Assembly: GCA_035267205.1 (NCBI GenBank)
Contig: DATFLZ010000176.1
Span: forward strand, 1-59,830
Length of the DNA: 59,830 bases
Source: Solirubrobacterales bacterium
GTDB lineage: Bacteria; Actinomycetota; Thermoleophilia; Solirubrobacterales; 70-9
Reading direction: 5' to 3'
In this document: positions 51,045 to 59,697 of the stretch, one piece after another
How the letters are laid out: each line of letters starts with the position of its first letter
How positions within the stretch are numbered: position 1 is the first letter of the stretch
Translations under genes and position numbers: made by a program
Notes under the pieces: model-generated
The model's database searches: none
Told to the model about the DNA's origin: nothing
The model's input: only the letters and a program-made list of their open reading frames with translations

Positions 51045-52085
51045 CTACTCGACCCGCTCGGCGGCGTCGCCCTCGCCCTCGCCCGGCTCGCCCTCAGCCT
51101 CGCCGGGTTCGGGCTCGGCGGCGACGAGCTTCCCGTTCTGCATCCGGTACGGGGGAGGGTGTTTGTGCCAGGGCATCTTCACCAGGCTGAACATCCGTAC
51201 GCCCTCGCCGTGGGGCAGCTTGACCTCTCGGCGGAGGATGTAGGTGAAGAGTGCTCCGAACGCGAGCGAGACGAGCGCGGCCGTCACGGCGACGACCTTG
51301 GCGTCCCCCTCGGTGATGAGCGCGATGCCGGATGCGATGAGCACCACCGCCAGCGCGCCCCGCAGCAGGTTCTTGCCGCTCTTCAGCGCCAGGCGCCCGC
51401 CGATCAGCACGCCGGGGACCGAGCCGATCAGGATGGTGCCGGCGAGCTCGAAATCGACGTTGCCCCCGACGATGTGGGCGGCGCCGGCGGCCCAGAGCAG
51501 GACCGCTGCGTGGAAGATGTCGGTGCCGACGACACGCTGCGGCGTGAGCCGGAAGACGGCGATCAGGATGATCGCGATCAGGGTGCCGGAGCCCGCGGAG
51601 GTGAGGCCGATGATGAAGCCGGTCAGGACCCCGGTCGCGATCGCGGCGATGATGTGGCGGCGATACAGGTGCATCGCGTGCCGTTCCTTGATCACGTCCG
51701 GGAGGAAGACGGTCCGGAGCATGGTCGAGAGGCCGACGACAAGCAGGGTGGCGCCGAGGATTCCGAAGATGATCCCCTCGAGCTGGTCCTCGCCGACCGA
51801 CGACTGCAATGCCTCGATGACCGCGACGCCGGCGACGGCCGCCGGGACCGAGCCGACCGCCATCCAGAAGGCCAGCCCGCGATGGACCGTCCGGTTCTTG
51901 AGATGCTGGAAGCCGCCGACCGTCTTGGTCACCGCGGCGTAGAAGATGTCGGTGCCGATCGCGGTGACCGGGTTGATCCCGAAGACGAGGATCAGGAGCG
52001 GCGTCATCAGGGATGCGCCGCCCATACCCGTCATGCCGACGAGCACGCCGATGCCGAAGCCGAAGATGATGATCGCGGGGTCCAT
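51045..52085 (-). CDS. TauE/SafE-family sulfite/anion exporter membrane protein
   Basis: 346 aa, about 8 TM helices, GMTGMGGASLMTPLL motif. Has an extra C-terminal tail of roughly 70 aa ending in an acidic P/E/G-rich stretch. Confidence 0.88.
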   Translation of the reverse strand: MDPAIIIFGFGIGVLVGMTGMGGASLMTPLLILVFGINPVTAIGTDIFYAAVTKTVGGFQHLKNRTVHRGLAFWMAVGSVPAAVAGVAVIEALQSSVGEDQLEGIIFGILGATLLVVGLSTMLRTVFLPDVIKERHAMHLYRRHIIAAIATGVLTGFIIGLTSAGSGTLIAIILIAVFRLTPQRVVGTDIFHAAVLLWAAGAAHIVGGNVDFELAGTILIGSVPGVLIGGRLALKSGKNLLRGALAVVLIASGIALITEGDAKVVAVTAALVSLAFGALFTYILRREVKLPHGEGVRMFSLVKMPWHKHPPPYRMQNGKLVAAEPEPGEAEGEPGEGEGDAAERVE

Positions 52086-52243
52086 GGGAATGAGCGTTGG
52101 CGTCGATCGAGCGCCCGGACGGGGGGTGGTTCCGCCTGGCTACTCGAGATTGGCTCGCTCGTCTGAGCGGCTCGGGATTGTAGCCCGCGGCGGCTGAGGA
52201 TCCGCCGCGACCGCTGCGCCCCGGGCGTCGGATCTCCGCAAGA

Positions 52244-53071
52244 ATGCGGCCGATGATCGATCTCCAGTCACACTCCACCGTGTCCGACGGCCAGCTCGAG
52301 CCGGCCGACGTCGTCCGCTCCGCCCATGAGGCAGGGGTGACGGTGATGTCCCTCACCGACCACGACGGAGTCGCCGGCGTCCCGGAGGCGCTCGAGACGG
52401 CGGCAGAGCTCGGAATCGAGAACGTCCCCGCGATCGAGATGTCCTGCGTACACAAGTACTCCGAGGACCTCCACATCTGCGGCTACTGGGTGGACCTGGA
52501 GAAGATCCAGCCCGCCTGCGACCGCGCCCAGCAGGAGCGCGTCGACCGCGCCAAGAAGATCATCGCCAAGCTCAACGAGCACGGGGTCGACGTCAGCTTC
52601 GACGCCGCCGTCGCCCAGGCGGGCGCCGCCGACGCGATCGGTCGTCCCCACATCGCCAAGGCCGCGGGCGCGGGCCCCGACCTCGGGCCCTTCTTCGAGG
52701 AGTACCTCGTCCCCGGTGCCAAGGCCTTCGTCTCCCGCGAGTGGCCGATGGCGGAGGAGGCCGTCCGGCTGATCCACGATGCGGGCGGCGTCGCGGTCGT
52801 CGCGCATCCCTACTGGGACGTGAGCGAGCCGGAGAACGTGCGCGACCTCGTCCAGAGCCTGGTCGAGAGCGTGGGCCTCGACGGCATCGAGACGTTCTAC
52901 CCGCCGCACACCGCCGAGCAGACCAGGCACTGCCTGGAGCTCTGCGAGGAGTTCGACCTGGTCCCCACCGCTTCGTCCGACTTCCACGGCCCCACGCACA
53001 AGACCTTCAGCCGCTGGCTCGCCTACAACACCTACGACCTCGGCGAGCCCGTGGTCCCTGAGAGGCCATAG
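52244..53071 (+). CDS. PHP-domain metal-dependent phosphoesterase
   Basis: 275 aa with MIDLQSHSTVSDG, SLTDHD, VAHP and SDFHG His/Asp motifs. ATG 52253 is an alternative start. Confidence 0.88.
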   Translation: MRPMIDLQSHSTVSDGQLEPADVVRSAHEAGVTVMSLTDHDGVAGVPEALETAAELGIENVPAIEMSCVHKYSEDLHICGYWVDLEKIQPACDRAQQERVDRAKKIIAKLNEHGVDVSFDAAVAQAGAADAIGRPHIAKAAGAGPDLGPFFEEYLVPGAKAFVSREWPMAEEAVRLIHDAGGVAVVAHPYWDVSEPENVRDLVQSLVESVGLDGIETFYPPHTAEQTRHCLELCEEFDLVPTASSDFHGPTHKTFSRWLAYNTYDLGEPVVPERP

Positions 53072-53451
53072 GGCCCGCGGCTCAGCCTCGCGCCCCCACC
53101 CCAAGGTCGCGTTCCGGCGGAACCGCCCCAGATGCGGTGTCCGCAGCCGACCCCTCGAGGAGTGTTGCGTCTATGCGAAAGCGCGGGTTCGGCCGAGGGC
53201 TCGGGCCGCGGGGCAGCAGCGGCTGCATAGAGGGAGCGTGACCATCCCGCCGATCGAGGCGAGGCTGCCTCCTCCCGTGGCCGAGCGGTCAATCTGCCCC
53301 GCCTGCCGGCCGAAAGTGACCGCTCGGCGCCGCACCCGTCAGCGGTTCCGCGGACTCCTCCGTCCTGTGAACCGCAACGACCCGCGCGCTGCGGGCCGTG
53401 TGTGTGCCGAATCCAGGCCGGCAGCGCGAGCACCACCGGCTAGGTTTCCTT

Positions 53452-54270
53452 TCAGGCTCCGGTGGCTTCCTGCTTCTCCTCCGGGTCGTCGAGGAGGCGG
53501 TGGCGCATGCGGTGGCCGACCCAGATCACGATCACGATCGCCACGGCGCCGCCGATCAGGATCGGGTTATTCGGGTCGAACTCCTCGAGCTGGGTGCCGA
53601 AGTAGACGAACAGCGCCGTCAGCGGGATGTAGGCGATCGCGGTCGTCCACATCAGGCGCCAGAGCGGGACGTGGGCCGCGCCGGCGACGATTGTGAACAG
53701 GCTGAACGGGACGATCGGGATCAGGCGCACGGCGAAGAGCAGGATGATCCCGCCGCGCTCGATCGCCCGCTCGAGCTTGAGGAACCGGTCGCGCCCGAAG
53801 ATCCGGTAGAGCACGGGCCGCGCGCCGTGTCGCCCGATCTCGTAGGCGACGTAGGCGTTCATCATCCAGCCGAGCATCACGAGCAGCAGTCCGAGCCAGA
53901 ATCCCCAGACGAATCCAGCCGCCGCATCGAGGATCTCGGCCGGGTAGAAGACGAACGAGTGCAGGATCGCGAGCACGAACAGCGTGATCACCCCGGCGGC
54001 GCTGTCGAGCTCGGCCCGGAGCGCCGCGGTGTCGCCCTTGATCGCGAACTCGGCCGCGTCGCGCAGCGGCGGAATCAGCGCCACGAATCCGGCCATCAGC
54101 AGAATTCCGACGAGCGTGATCGCGACCGGGATCAGCGACGGGTGCTCCTCCTCGAGCCGCTCGAGGCCGTCCACCTCGTGCTCGGTCCCCGACTCCTTCG
54201 TGGGATCCGGCGCAGGCTCGGGCTCGGCCGGGAGCCGCTCGGCCTCGCTCTCGTTGCCCTCGGCAGCCAC
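53452..54270 (-). CDS. TVP38/TMEM64 (DedA-related) family membrane protein
   Basis: Polytopic, with the VRLIPIVPFSLFTIVAGA motif. The GTG at 54270 was chosen so that it does not overlap the upstream gene (ORF-track ATG is 54381). The start is uncertain. Confidence 0.78.
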   Translation of the reverse strand: MAAEGNESEAERLPAEPEPAPDPTKESGTEHEVDGLERLEEEHPSLIPVAITLVGILLMAGFVALIPPLRDAAEFAIKGDTAALRAELDSAAGVITLFVLAILHSFVFYPAEILDAAAGFVWGFWLGLLLVMLGWMMNAYVAYEIGRHGARPVLYRIFGRDRFLKLERAIERGGIILLFAVRLIPIVPFSLFTIVAGAAHVPLWRLMWTTAIAYIPLTALFVYFGTQLEEFDPNNPILIGGAVAIVIVIWVGHRMRHRLLDDPEEKQEATGA

Positions 54271-54331
54271 GGAGCGGCGACAGTAGCGGATCGCACCCGG
54301 CGCTCCGGGCGCGGAGCCGGGGTGATCGCGC

Positions 54332-54709
54332 TCAGCTCGAGCGTCTCGCGAAAGCGCTGGCGGCCAGCACCGCAGCGGCACTGATCAGCGCCAGGACTGT
54401 GGTCAGGCCAGGTAGCCGACCGGCCCGGTAGCTGAGGATGAAGACCGCCATGTCGGGCGGCTGCATCAGCATCACGGCGTCGCGGGCCCCCTGGTCGCCG
54501 AGCAGCGCCCGGGACGACGTGTAGATGTTGCGGATCGCGAACAGGCGCCAGCCGAAGGCGCCGATGTCGTTCTGCTCTTCCTTGACGCCGTAGAGCCGGG
54601 TCAGCAGTCCGGGTGAGATCAGGGCGCCGACTCCGACCAGCAGTCCGATCGTCCCGGCGACGCGGTACAGCGTCTCGGCGCTCGGAGCAGGCTGTTTGCC
54701 CTCGTCCAC
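54332..54709 (-). CDS. Hypothetical membrane protein (125 aa)
   Basis: GTG start with three hydrophobic segments. No family recognised. Confidence 0.55.
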   Translation of the reverse strand: MDEGKQPAPSAETLYRVAGTIGLLVGVGALISPGLLTRLYGVKEEQNDIGAFGWRLFAIRNIYTSSRALLGDQGARDAVMLMQPPDMAVFILSYRAGRLPGLTTVLALISAAAVLAASAFARRSS

Positions 54710-54736
54710 GCCGCGATCTTATTCCCCTGAACGAGG

Positions 54737-54762
54737 CCGGGCGGGCCCTGCGGCCCGCCCGG
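54737..54762 (-). terminator. GC-rich hairpin downstream of cysC; probable end of the sulfate-assimilation operon
   Basis: Perfect 11-bp arms CCGGGCGGGCC / GGCCCGCCCGG with a 4-nt loop, 39 nt after the cysC stop. The U tract is weak. Confidence 0.45.
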
Positions 54763-54800
54763 TGCTCAGCATCTGTTGCTGCCGCGGCAGCGATGGGCCC

Positions 54801-55367
54801 CTAAGCGCTCGGAATCAGTCCCTCGCCCTCGAGAAAGGCGATGACCTCCTGGGCCGACTCCTCGGGGGACTTCCCCTCGGTCTCGACCCGAAGCTCGGGG
54901 CTCTCCGGCTCCTCGTACGGGTCGGAGACGCCGGTGAACTCGGGGATCTCGCCGGAGCGGGCCTTCGCGTACAGGCCCTTGACGTCGCGCTCCTCGCAGG
55001 CCTCGAGCGAGGTCGCGATGAACGTCTCGATGAACCGGGCGCCGGTCGCGTCGTGCATGTCGCGAACCTGCTGGCGCGTCTCGCGGTATGGGCTGATCGC
55101 GGCGGTGATCACCGGCACGCCGTTGCGGGCGAGCAGGTCGGCGACGAAGCCGATCCGCGTGATGTTGGTGTCGCGGTCCTCCTTCGAGAAGCCGAGGCCC
55201 TTGGAGAGGTTCTCGCGGACGATGTCGCCGTCGAGGACCTCGAGCGGGATGCCGCGCTCCTCGAACTTGTCGATCAGCACGTCGGTGATCGTGGACTTGC
55301 CGGAGCCGGAGAGGCCGGTCATCCAGAGCGTGAAGCCTTGATGGCCATTGGGTCCGTTGTCAGCCAT
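54801..55367 (-). CDS. cysC: Adenylylsulfate (APS) kinase
   Basis: 188 aa from the ATG at 55367, preceded by AAGGAGA. P-loop GLSGSGKST. Confidence 0.93.
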   Translation of the reverse strand: MADNGPNGHQGFTLWMTGLSGSGKSTITDVLIDKFEERGIPLEVLDGDIVRENLSKGLGFSKEDRDTNITRIGFVADLLARNGVPVITAAISPYRETRQQVRDMHDATGARFIETFIATSLEACEERDVKGLYAKARSGEIPEFTGVSDPYEEPESPELRVETEGKSPEESAQEVIAFLEGEGLIPSA

Positions 55368-55451
55368 TGATTCGTGTCTCCTTGCGTGGTTGTCGTTGGT
55401 CTGCGCCGCGGGCGAGGCCCGCGGCGGCAAGCGATGTCGGGTCGGCGCCGC

Positions 55452-56519
55452 CTACATCTCCTTGTAGGCGTCGATCAGGATCTCGGCGACCTCGTGGCGG
55501 CTGAACTCCTCGGGGGGAGCCTCGCCCGCCTCGAGCATCTCGCGGACCTTCGTGCCGGATAGGAACAGCCGGTCGTCGGGGGTGTGGGGGCAGGTCTTGT
55601 GGGACCCGAGACCCTCGCACTTGTAGCACCAGAACGTGTGCTCGAACATCAGCGGGCGAATGCCCAGCTTGCCGATGTCGACCTCGTCGAAGATCTGCTG
55701 CGCGTCGTAGGTGCCGTAGTAGTCGCCGACGCCCGCGTGGTCGCGGCCGACGATGAAGTGCGTCGCTCCGTAGTTCCGCCGTACGACCGCGTGGAAGATC
55801 GCCTCGCGCGGGCCGGCGTAGCGCATCGCAGCCGGGTTGACGCCGAGCACGACCCGGTCGTTCGGGTAGTAGTTCTCCATCAGGACCTCGTAGCACTTCA
55901 TCCGCACGTCGGCGGGGATGTCGCCCTTCTTGGTCTCGCCGATCAGCGGGTGGAGGAAGAGGCCGTCGCAGACCTCGAGCGCCGCCTTGGTCAGGTACTC
56001 GTGCGCGCGATGGATCGGGTTGCGGGTCTGAAAGGCGACGATCCGCTTCCAGCCGCGATCGGCGAACTCCCTGCGCGACTGCTCCGGGGTGAAGTAGCGC
56101 CGCATGAAGGCGTCCTCGTGGTCCGGCACGTCGTCGCCCTCGATCCGGCCGGCGAGGCAGCGGTTGCCCTCCTCGTACGTGGCAGCGACACCGGGATGCG
56201 CCTCGTCGGTGGTCCGGAATACCTTCTCGGCCTCCTCCTTGACGTCGCGCTCGAAGACCTCGCTGACGCGGATCCGGCCGAGCGCCTTGCCGTTGTTCGC
56301 GCTGAGCTCGACGACGTCGCCCTCGGAGGCATCGAGGTCGGTAGCCAGCACGACGGGGATCGGCCAGACCTCCTCGCCGCCGGCGAGGGTCATGTCATTG
56401 ACGACGGACTGCCAGTCCTCGGAGCCCATGAAGCCCTCGAGCGGGGCGAAGCCGCCGTTGGCGAGTAGCTCGAAGTCGGCGGTCTGGCGGGCGGAGAGGG
56501 TCAGGGACTTGTCACTCAT
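55452..56519 (-). CDS. sat: Sulfate adenylyltransferase (single-subunit ATP sulfurylase)
   Basis: 355 aa with QTRNPIHRAHE and VGRDHAGVG motifs. Confidence 0.95.
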   Translation of the reverse strand: MSDKSLTLSARQTADFELLANGGFAPLEGFMGSEDWQSVVNDMTLAGGEEVWPIPVVLATDLDASEGDVVELSANNGKALGRIRVSEVFERDVKEEAEKVFRTTDEAHPGVAATYEEGNRCLAGRIEGDDVPDHEDAFMRRYFTPEQSRREFADRGWKRIVAFQTRNPIHRAHEYLTKAALEVCDGLFLHPLIGETKKGDIPADVRMKCYEVLMENYYPNDRVVLGVNPAAMRYAGPREAIFHAVVRRNYGATHFIVGRDHAGVGDYYGTYDAQQIFDEVDIGKLGIRPLMFEHTFWCYKCEGLGSHKTCPHTPDDRLFLSGTKVREMLEAGEAPPEEFSRHEVAEILIDAYKEM

Positions 56520-56711
56520 AGGTTCTTTCGGGCTCCTAGCTCTATCTGGGCATCGATGGGGTGGGTGCTTGTGCAGGGCCGCGCGCGGGCGCGGCCGGAG
56601 GGAAGCGGCTGGCCGACCTCGCGCTTGAGGAGGGGAGAGCGCTTCCCGGGGCCACGAGGTTAGCGGTGTGGGGCCGGGGCTGCTGCCGGAACGGGCGACG
56701 GACCGCGCACG

Positions 56712-57539
56712 TCAGCCGTGCAGGCCGCACTCGGTCTTGTGTGCGTCGGCCCAGCGCCCGGAGCGGGGATCGCCGCTGGCTCCCGGAGGGCGCGTGCAGT
56801 GGGTGCATCCGATCGAGGGGTAGCCCGCGTCATGGAGCGGGTTGTAGGGGAGCTCGCGGTCGTTGATGTAGTCCCAGACCTGGCGCTCGGTCCAGTCGGC
56901 GAGCGGGTTCAGCTTCCAGAGGCCAAAGCGCCGGTCCCAGCCGAACTTCGCGGCTCCGGCCCGCGTCGAGGAGTCCTCGCGACGGATCCCCGAGACCCAG
57001 CAGTCGATTCCCGATAGAGCCTCACGCATCGGCTCCACCTTCCGGATCCCGCAGCAGGCGTCCGGCTGCCGCTCCCAGAGCCTGGCGCCGTACAGGTCCT
57101 CCTGCTCGGTGAGGGACACCCCTGCGTAGCGCTGGAACTCGATCCCGTAGCGGGCGGCCAGGGCGTCGCGGGTCGTGTAGGTCTCCTCGAAGAGCACGTC
57201 GGTGTCGAGGTAGAAGAAGTTCGCCGTCGGCTCCAGCTGATGGGCGATGTCGATCGCGACCGAGCTCGTCTTCTGAAACGAGGTCGCGAAGCGCAGCCTG
57301 GGGTGGAACGTCTCGAGCGCCCAGGCGATCGTCTCCTCGGCGCTGCGGCCCTCGAGCTCCTCGGCCACGTCGCGGGGATCGATCAGCTCGCCGGACGCCG
57401 CGGTCAGGCCGGCCGCCTGCTTCGTCGGCTCCGCGGCCTCGGCGACGCGCTCGGGAGCGATGCCGGCGATTGGATCGGCTTCGTCCGATCCGCCTTCGCG
57501 GGTGGCCGCCCGCTGCTTGTCGGTGCGGGTGGCGCTCAT
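56712..57539 (-). CDS. cysH: Adenylylsulfate (APS) reductase, thioredoxin-dependent, Fe-S type (CysH)
   Basis: 275 aa. Cys pair DACCGIRKVEP, SIGCTHCT (CxxC), and C-terminal KTECGLH. Confidence 0.92.
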   Translation of the reverse strand: MSATRTDKQRAATREGGSDEADPIAGIAPERVAEAAEPTKQAAGLTAASGELIDPRDVAEELEGRSAEETIAWALETFHPRLRFATSFQKTSSVAIDIAHQLEPTANFFYLDTDVLFEETYTTRDALAARYGIEFQRYAGVSLTEQEDLYGARLWERQPDACCGIRKVEPMREALSGIDCWVSGIRREDSSTRAGAAKFGWDRRFGLWKLNPLADWTERQVWDYINDRELPYNPLHDAGYPSIGCTHCTRPPGASGDPRSGRWADAHKTECGLHG

Positions 57540-57568
57540 GGTTCTGAGTCAGTCCTCTGAGGCGCCGG

Positions 57569-59467
57569 TTAGACCGCGCACTCGCCTTCGCCGCGCTCGA
57601 CCTTGTATGGGTCCTTGCGGTTCCAGTCGATGAACTCGAGCAGGTTGTCGAGGTTGAAATCCGCCGGCAGCGCCAGTTCCTTGATCTCCTCCTCGAATCG
57701 CTTGGTCCCGACGCGCTCGGCGTAGTCGATGAACTCCTCGCCGTCGTTGCGCTCGGCCTCGTACATGCGAATCCAGCTCTCGACCGCGTCCGGGACGCGC
57801 TTGGCGGGGAGCCGCGCCTTGAGCCGCGTGCCGAAGACGACCTTGCCGCCCTTCGTGGTTCCCCCGATGTGCGGAATGTAGGCGGGCATCTGGTGGCCGC
57901 CGACCTTCAGCGACGCGCCGTAGAAGCCGATCGTGCCGACGTGGTGTTGGCCGCAGCCATTCGGGCAGCCGCTCATCTTCAGGTGGATCTTGCGGGTCAG
58001 GGGATCGGTGATCTCCATCGACTCGACCCGCTCCTGGAGGGCCTGGTTGAGTCCCATCGAGGCGGTGATGCCGAGCTTGCAGGAGTCGGTCCCCGGGCAG
58101 GACAGCGTGTCGGTGATCGTGCCCGCCCCGGCCTCGGCCAGACCGAGCTCACGGAGTCCGGCGAAGACGTCGTAGAGCGCCTCCTCTCGGACCCAGCGGA
58201 GCACCAGGTTCTGCTCGATGGTCGTCCGGGCGTTGCCGCCCGTGTAGTCGCGCATCAGCTGTCCGAGGCCGCGGAACTGCTCCGGGCTCAGGTCGCCGCG
58301 GGTGATCTTCACCTCGACCGTCGAGAAGCCCTCCTGGCGCTGGGGCCGTACGTTGTCGGCGCAGAACGCCTCGAACTCGGAGCGGTCGCCGTTCGGCTGG
58401 GAGTGGCTTTGCGGGGCCTCGGGAGCGCGCTGCTCCTCGTCGATGTCGAGCATCAGGCGCTCGATGCTGAAGTCCCGCTCGCCGACCCAGTCGCCCTCGA
58501 GCTCGCGATCGACCATCTCGCGGAACCCGTCCATCCCGATCTTGTCGACGAGAACCTTGATTCGGGCCCGGGCGCGGTTGACGCGGAGCCACTCCTGCCG
58601 GTCGAAGATCCGCAGAGCGGCCTCCGTGACCTTCAGGAAGTCGCCGTTGTCGGCCTCGACGAACTCGTAGAGCACCGGGGCGATCCGGGGCATGATCGAG
58701 GTGCCGCCGCCGATGACGACGGTGAAGCCGCGGACGCCGTCCCGGATCTTCGGGATGAAGCCGACGTCGTGGATGCCGGTGATCGCGCGGTCCTCGTCGG
58801 AGGCGGTGAACGCGGTCTTGATCTTGCGCGGCATCAGCTGCGTCGTCGGGTGCCGGACGAAGTAGCGCGTGTAGGCGATCCCGTAGGGGGTCGGATCGAA
58901 GGTCTCGTCGGCCGCGACGCCGGCGTAGGGGTCGCCGGTGACGTTGCGGACCGTGTTCCCGCAGCCCTCGCGGGAGGAGAGGCCGGAGGCGCTGATCACC
59001 TTGATCAGCTCCTTCATGTCCCGCAGCGGGACGTGGTGGATCTGAATGTTCTGGCGGGTCGTGATGTGGCCCTTGTTGAGCGGGGCCCAGCGCTCGACGA
59101 CCTCGGCGAACGAGTCCATCTGGTCTGGCGTGACGCCGCCGAGCGGCAGCTTCACGCGGACCATCTGCACGTCGGGCTGGCGCTGGCCGTAGACGCCCTG
59201 CTTGAGCCGGAATCCGATGAACTTGTCCTCGGGCGTCTCGCCTTCGAGGAACTTCTCGGACTCGTGGTCGAAGTCCTCGAACTCGTCGGAGAGGATCGGA
59301 ATCACGTGGCCCGGCACGTCCGGGTAGGTCTCGGGATTCTCGCGCGACCCGATCGGTCCCTTGCCCTCCTGGACCTTGTTCTGATCCTGGTCGAGCTGGT
59401 CCTCGGTGGCCTTGTCCTTCGGCTTCGGTGGTGCGGCGCTGGGCTCCATCGTGGGGCGCTCCCTCAT
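57569..59467 (-). CDS. sirA: Ferredoxin-dependent sulfite reductase (nitrite/sulfite reductase family, SirA-like)
   Basis: 632 aa. Two NIR_SIR ferredoxin-like halves and a siroheme/4Fe-4S cysteine cluster (SCPGTDSCKLG...MSGCPNGCGQHH). ATG 59449 is an alternative start. Confidence 0.93.
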   Translation of the reverse strand: MRERPTMEPSAAPPKPKDKATEDQLDQDQNKVQEGKGPIGSRENPETYPDVPGHVIPILSDEFEDFDHESEKFLEGETPEDKFIGFRLKQGVYGQRQPDVQMVRVKLPLGGVTPDQMDSFAEVVERWAPLNKGHITTRQNIQIHHVPLRDMKELIKVISASGLSSREGCGNTVRNVTGDPYAGVAADETFDPTPYGIAYTRYFVRHPTTQLMPRKIKTAFTASDEDRAITGIHDVGFIPKIRDGVRGFTVVIGGGTSIMPRIAPVLYEFVEADNGDFLKVTEAALRIFDRQEWLRVNRARARIKVLVDKIGMDGFREMVDRELEGDWVGERDFSIERLMLDIDEEQRAPEAPQSHSQPNGDRSEFEAFCADNVRPQRQEGFSTVEVKITRGDLSPEQFRGLGQLMRDYTGGNARTTIEQNLVLRWVREEALYDVFAGLRELGLAEAGAGTITDTLSCPGTDSCKLGITASMGLNQALQERVESMEITDPLTRKIHLKMSGCPNGCGQHHVGTIGFYGASLKVGGHQMPAYIPHIGGTTKGGKVVFGTRLKARLPAKRVPDAVESWIRMYEAERNDGEEFIDYAERVGTKRFEEEIKELALPADFNLDNLLEFIDWNRKDPYKVERGEGECAV

Positions 59468-59513
59468 GCGTTCGTGGTTCGTGGGCTGTTCCGGCGGGAT
59501 TCCGGAGCTTGGC

Positions 59514-59559
59514 TGCTACGGACCGTAGCAAAGTAGGTAAACCTGACCGGCTTTTACCT
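59514..59559. promoter_or_regulatory. Two operator-like inverted repeats upstream of sirA
   Basis: TGCTACGG-A-CCGTAGCA (59514-59530, perfect 8-bp arms). AGGTAAA-N11-TTTACCT (59535-59559). Both lie in the only AT-rich patch of the sirA upstream region. Confidence 0.45.
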
Positions 59560-59697
59560 ATTTATCTCCCGGACCGGGTTCCCTCCGCGGGCCGAGCCAA
59601 GGCCGCAGTTTGCGGCCTCGGGGTTCAAGGATTCCCAGCCGGGCGCCGATGGGGTTTTCGTGGAGCACGGTTTGCGGGGAACGGATAGACGGCGCTA

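Noticed and set aside
53072-53451. Tested the long gap for RNase P RNA, tmRNA, SRP RNA, 6C RNA and riboswitch identities
   Set aside because: Neither strand has GAGGAAAGUCCGG, a GGGGCUGA...UCCACCA tRNA-like end, a GGAAGCAGC SRP motif, or proper C-rich 6C loops on adequate stems. There is no downstream gene for a riboswitch. The gap is kept only as an unexplained structured region.
57869-59536. 555-aa plus-strand ORF and 460-aa minus-strand alternative-frame ORF over the sulfite reductase gene
   Set aside because: They are low-complexity with no motifs. The sirA frame contains the siroheme/Fe-S cysteine cluster and homologous halves.
59615-59640. T-loop-like GGTTCAAGGATTCC that might indicate a tRNA
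   Set aside because: It has extra bases relative to GGTTCRANYCC, and no acceptor, D or anticodon arms can be drawn around it. No tRNA-like element was found elsewhere in the window.
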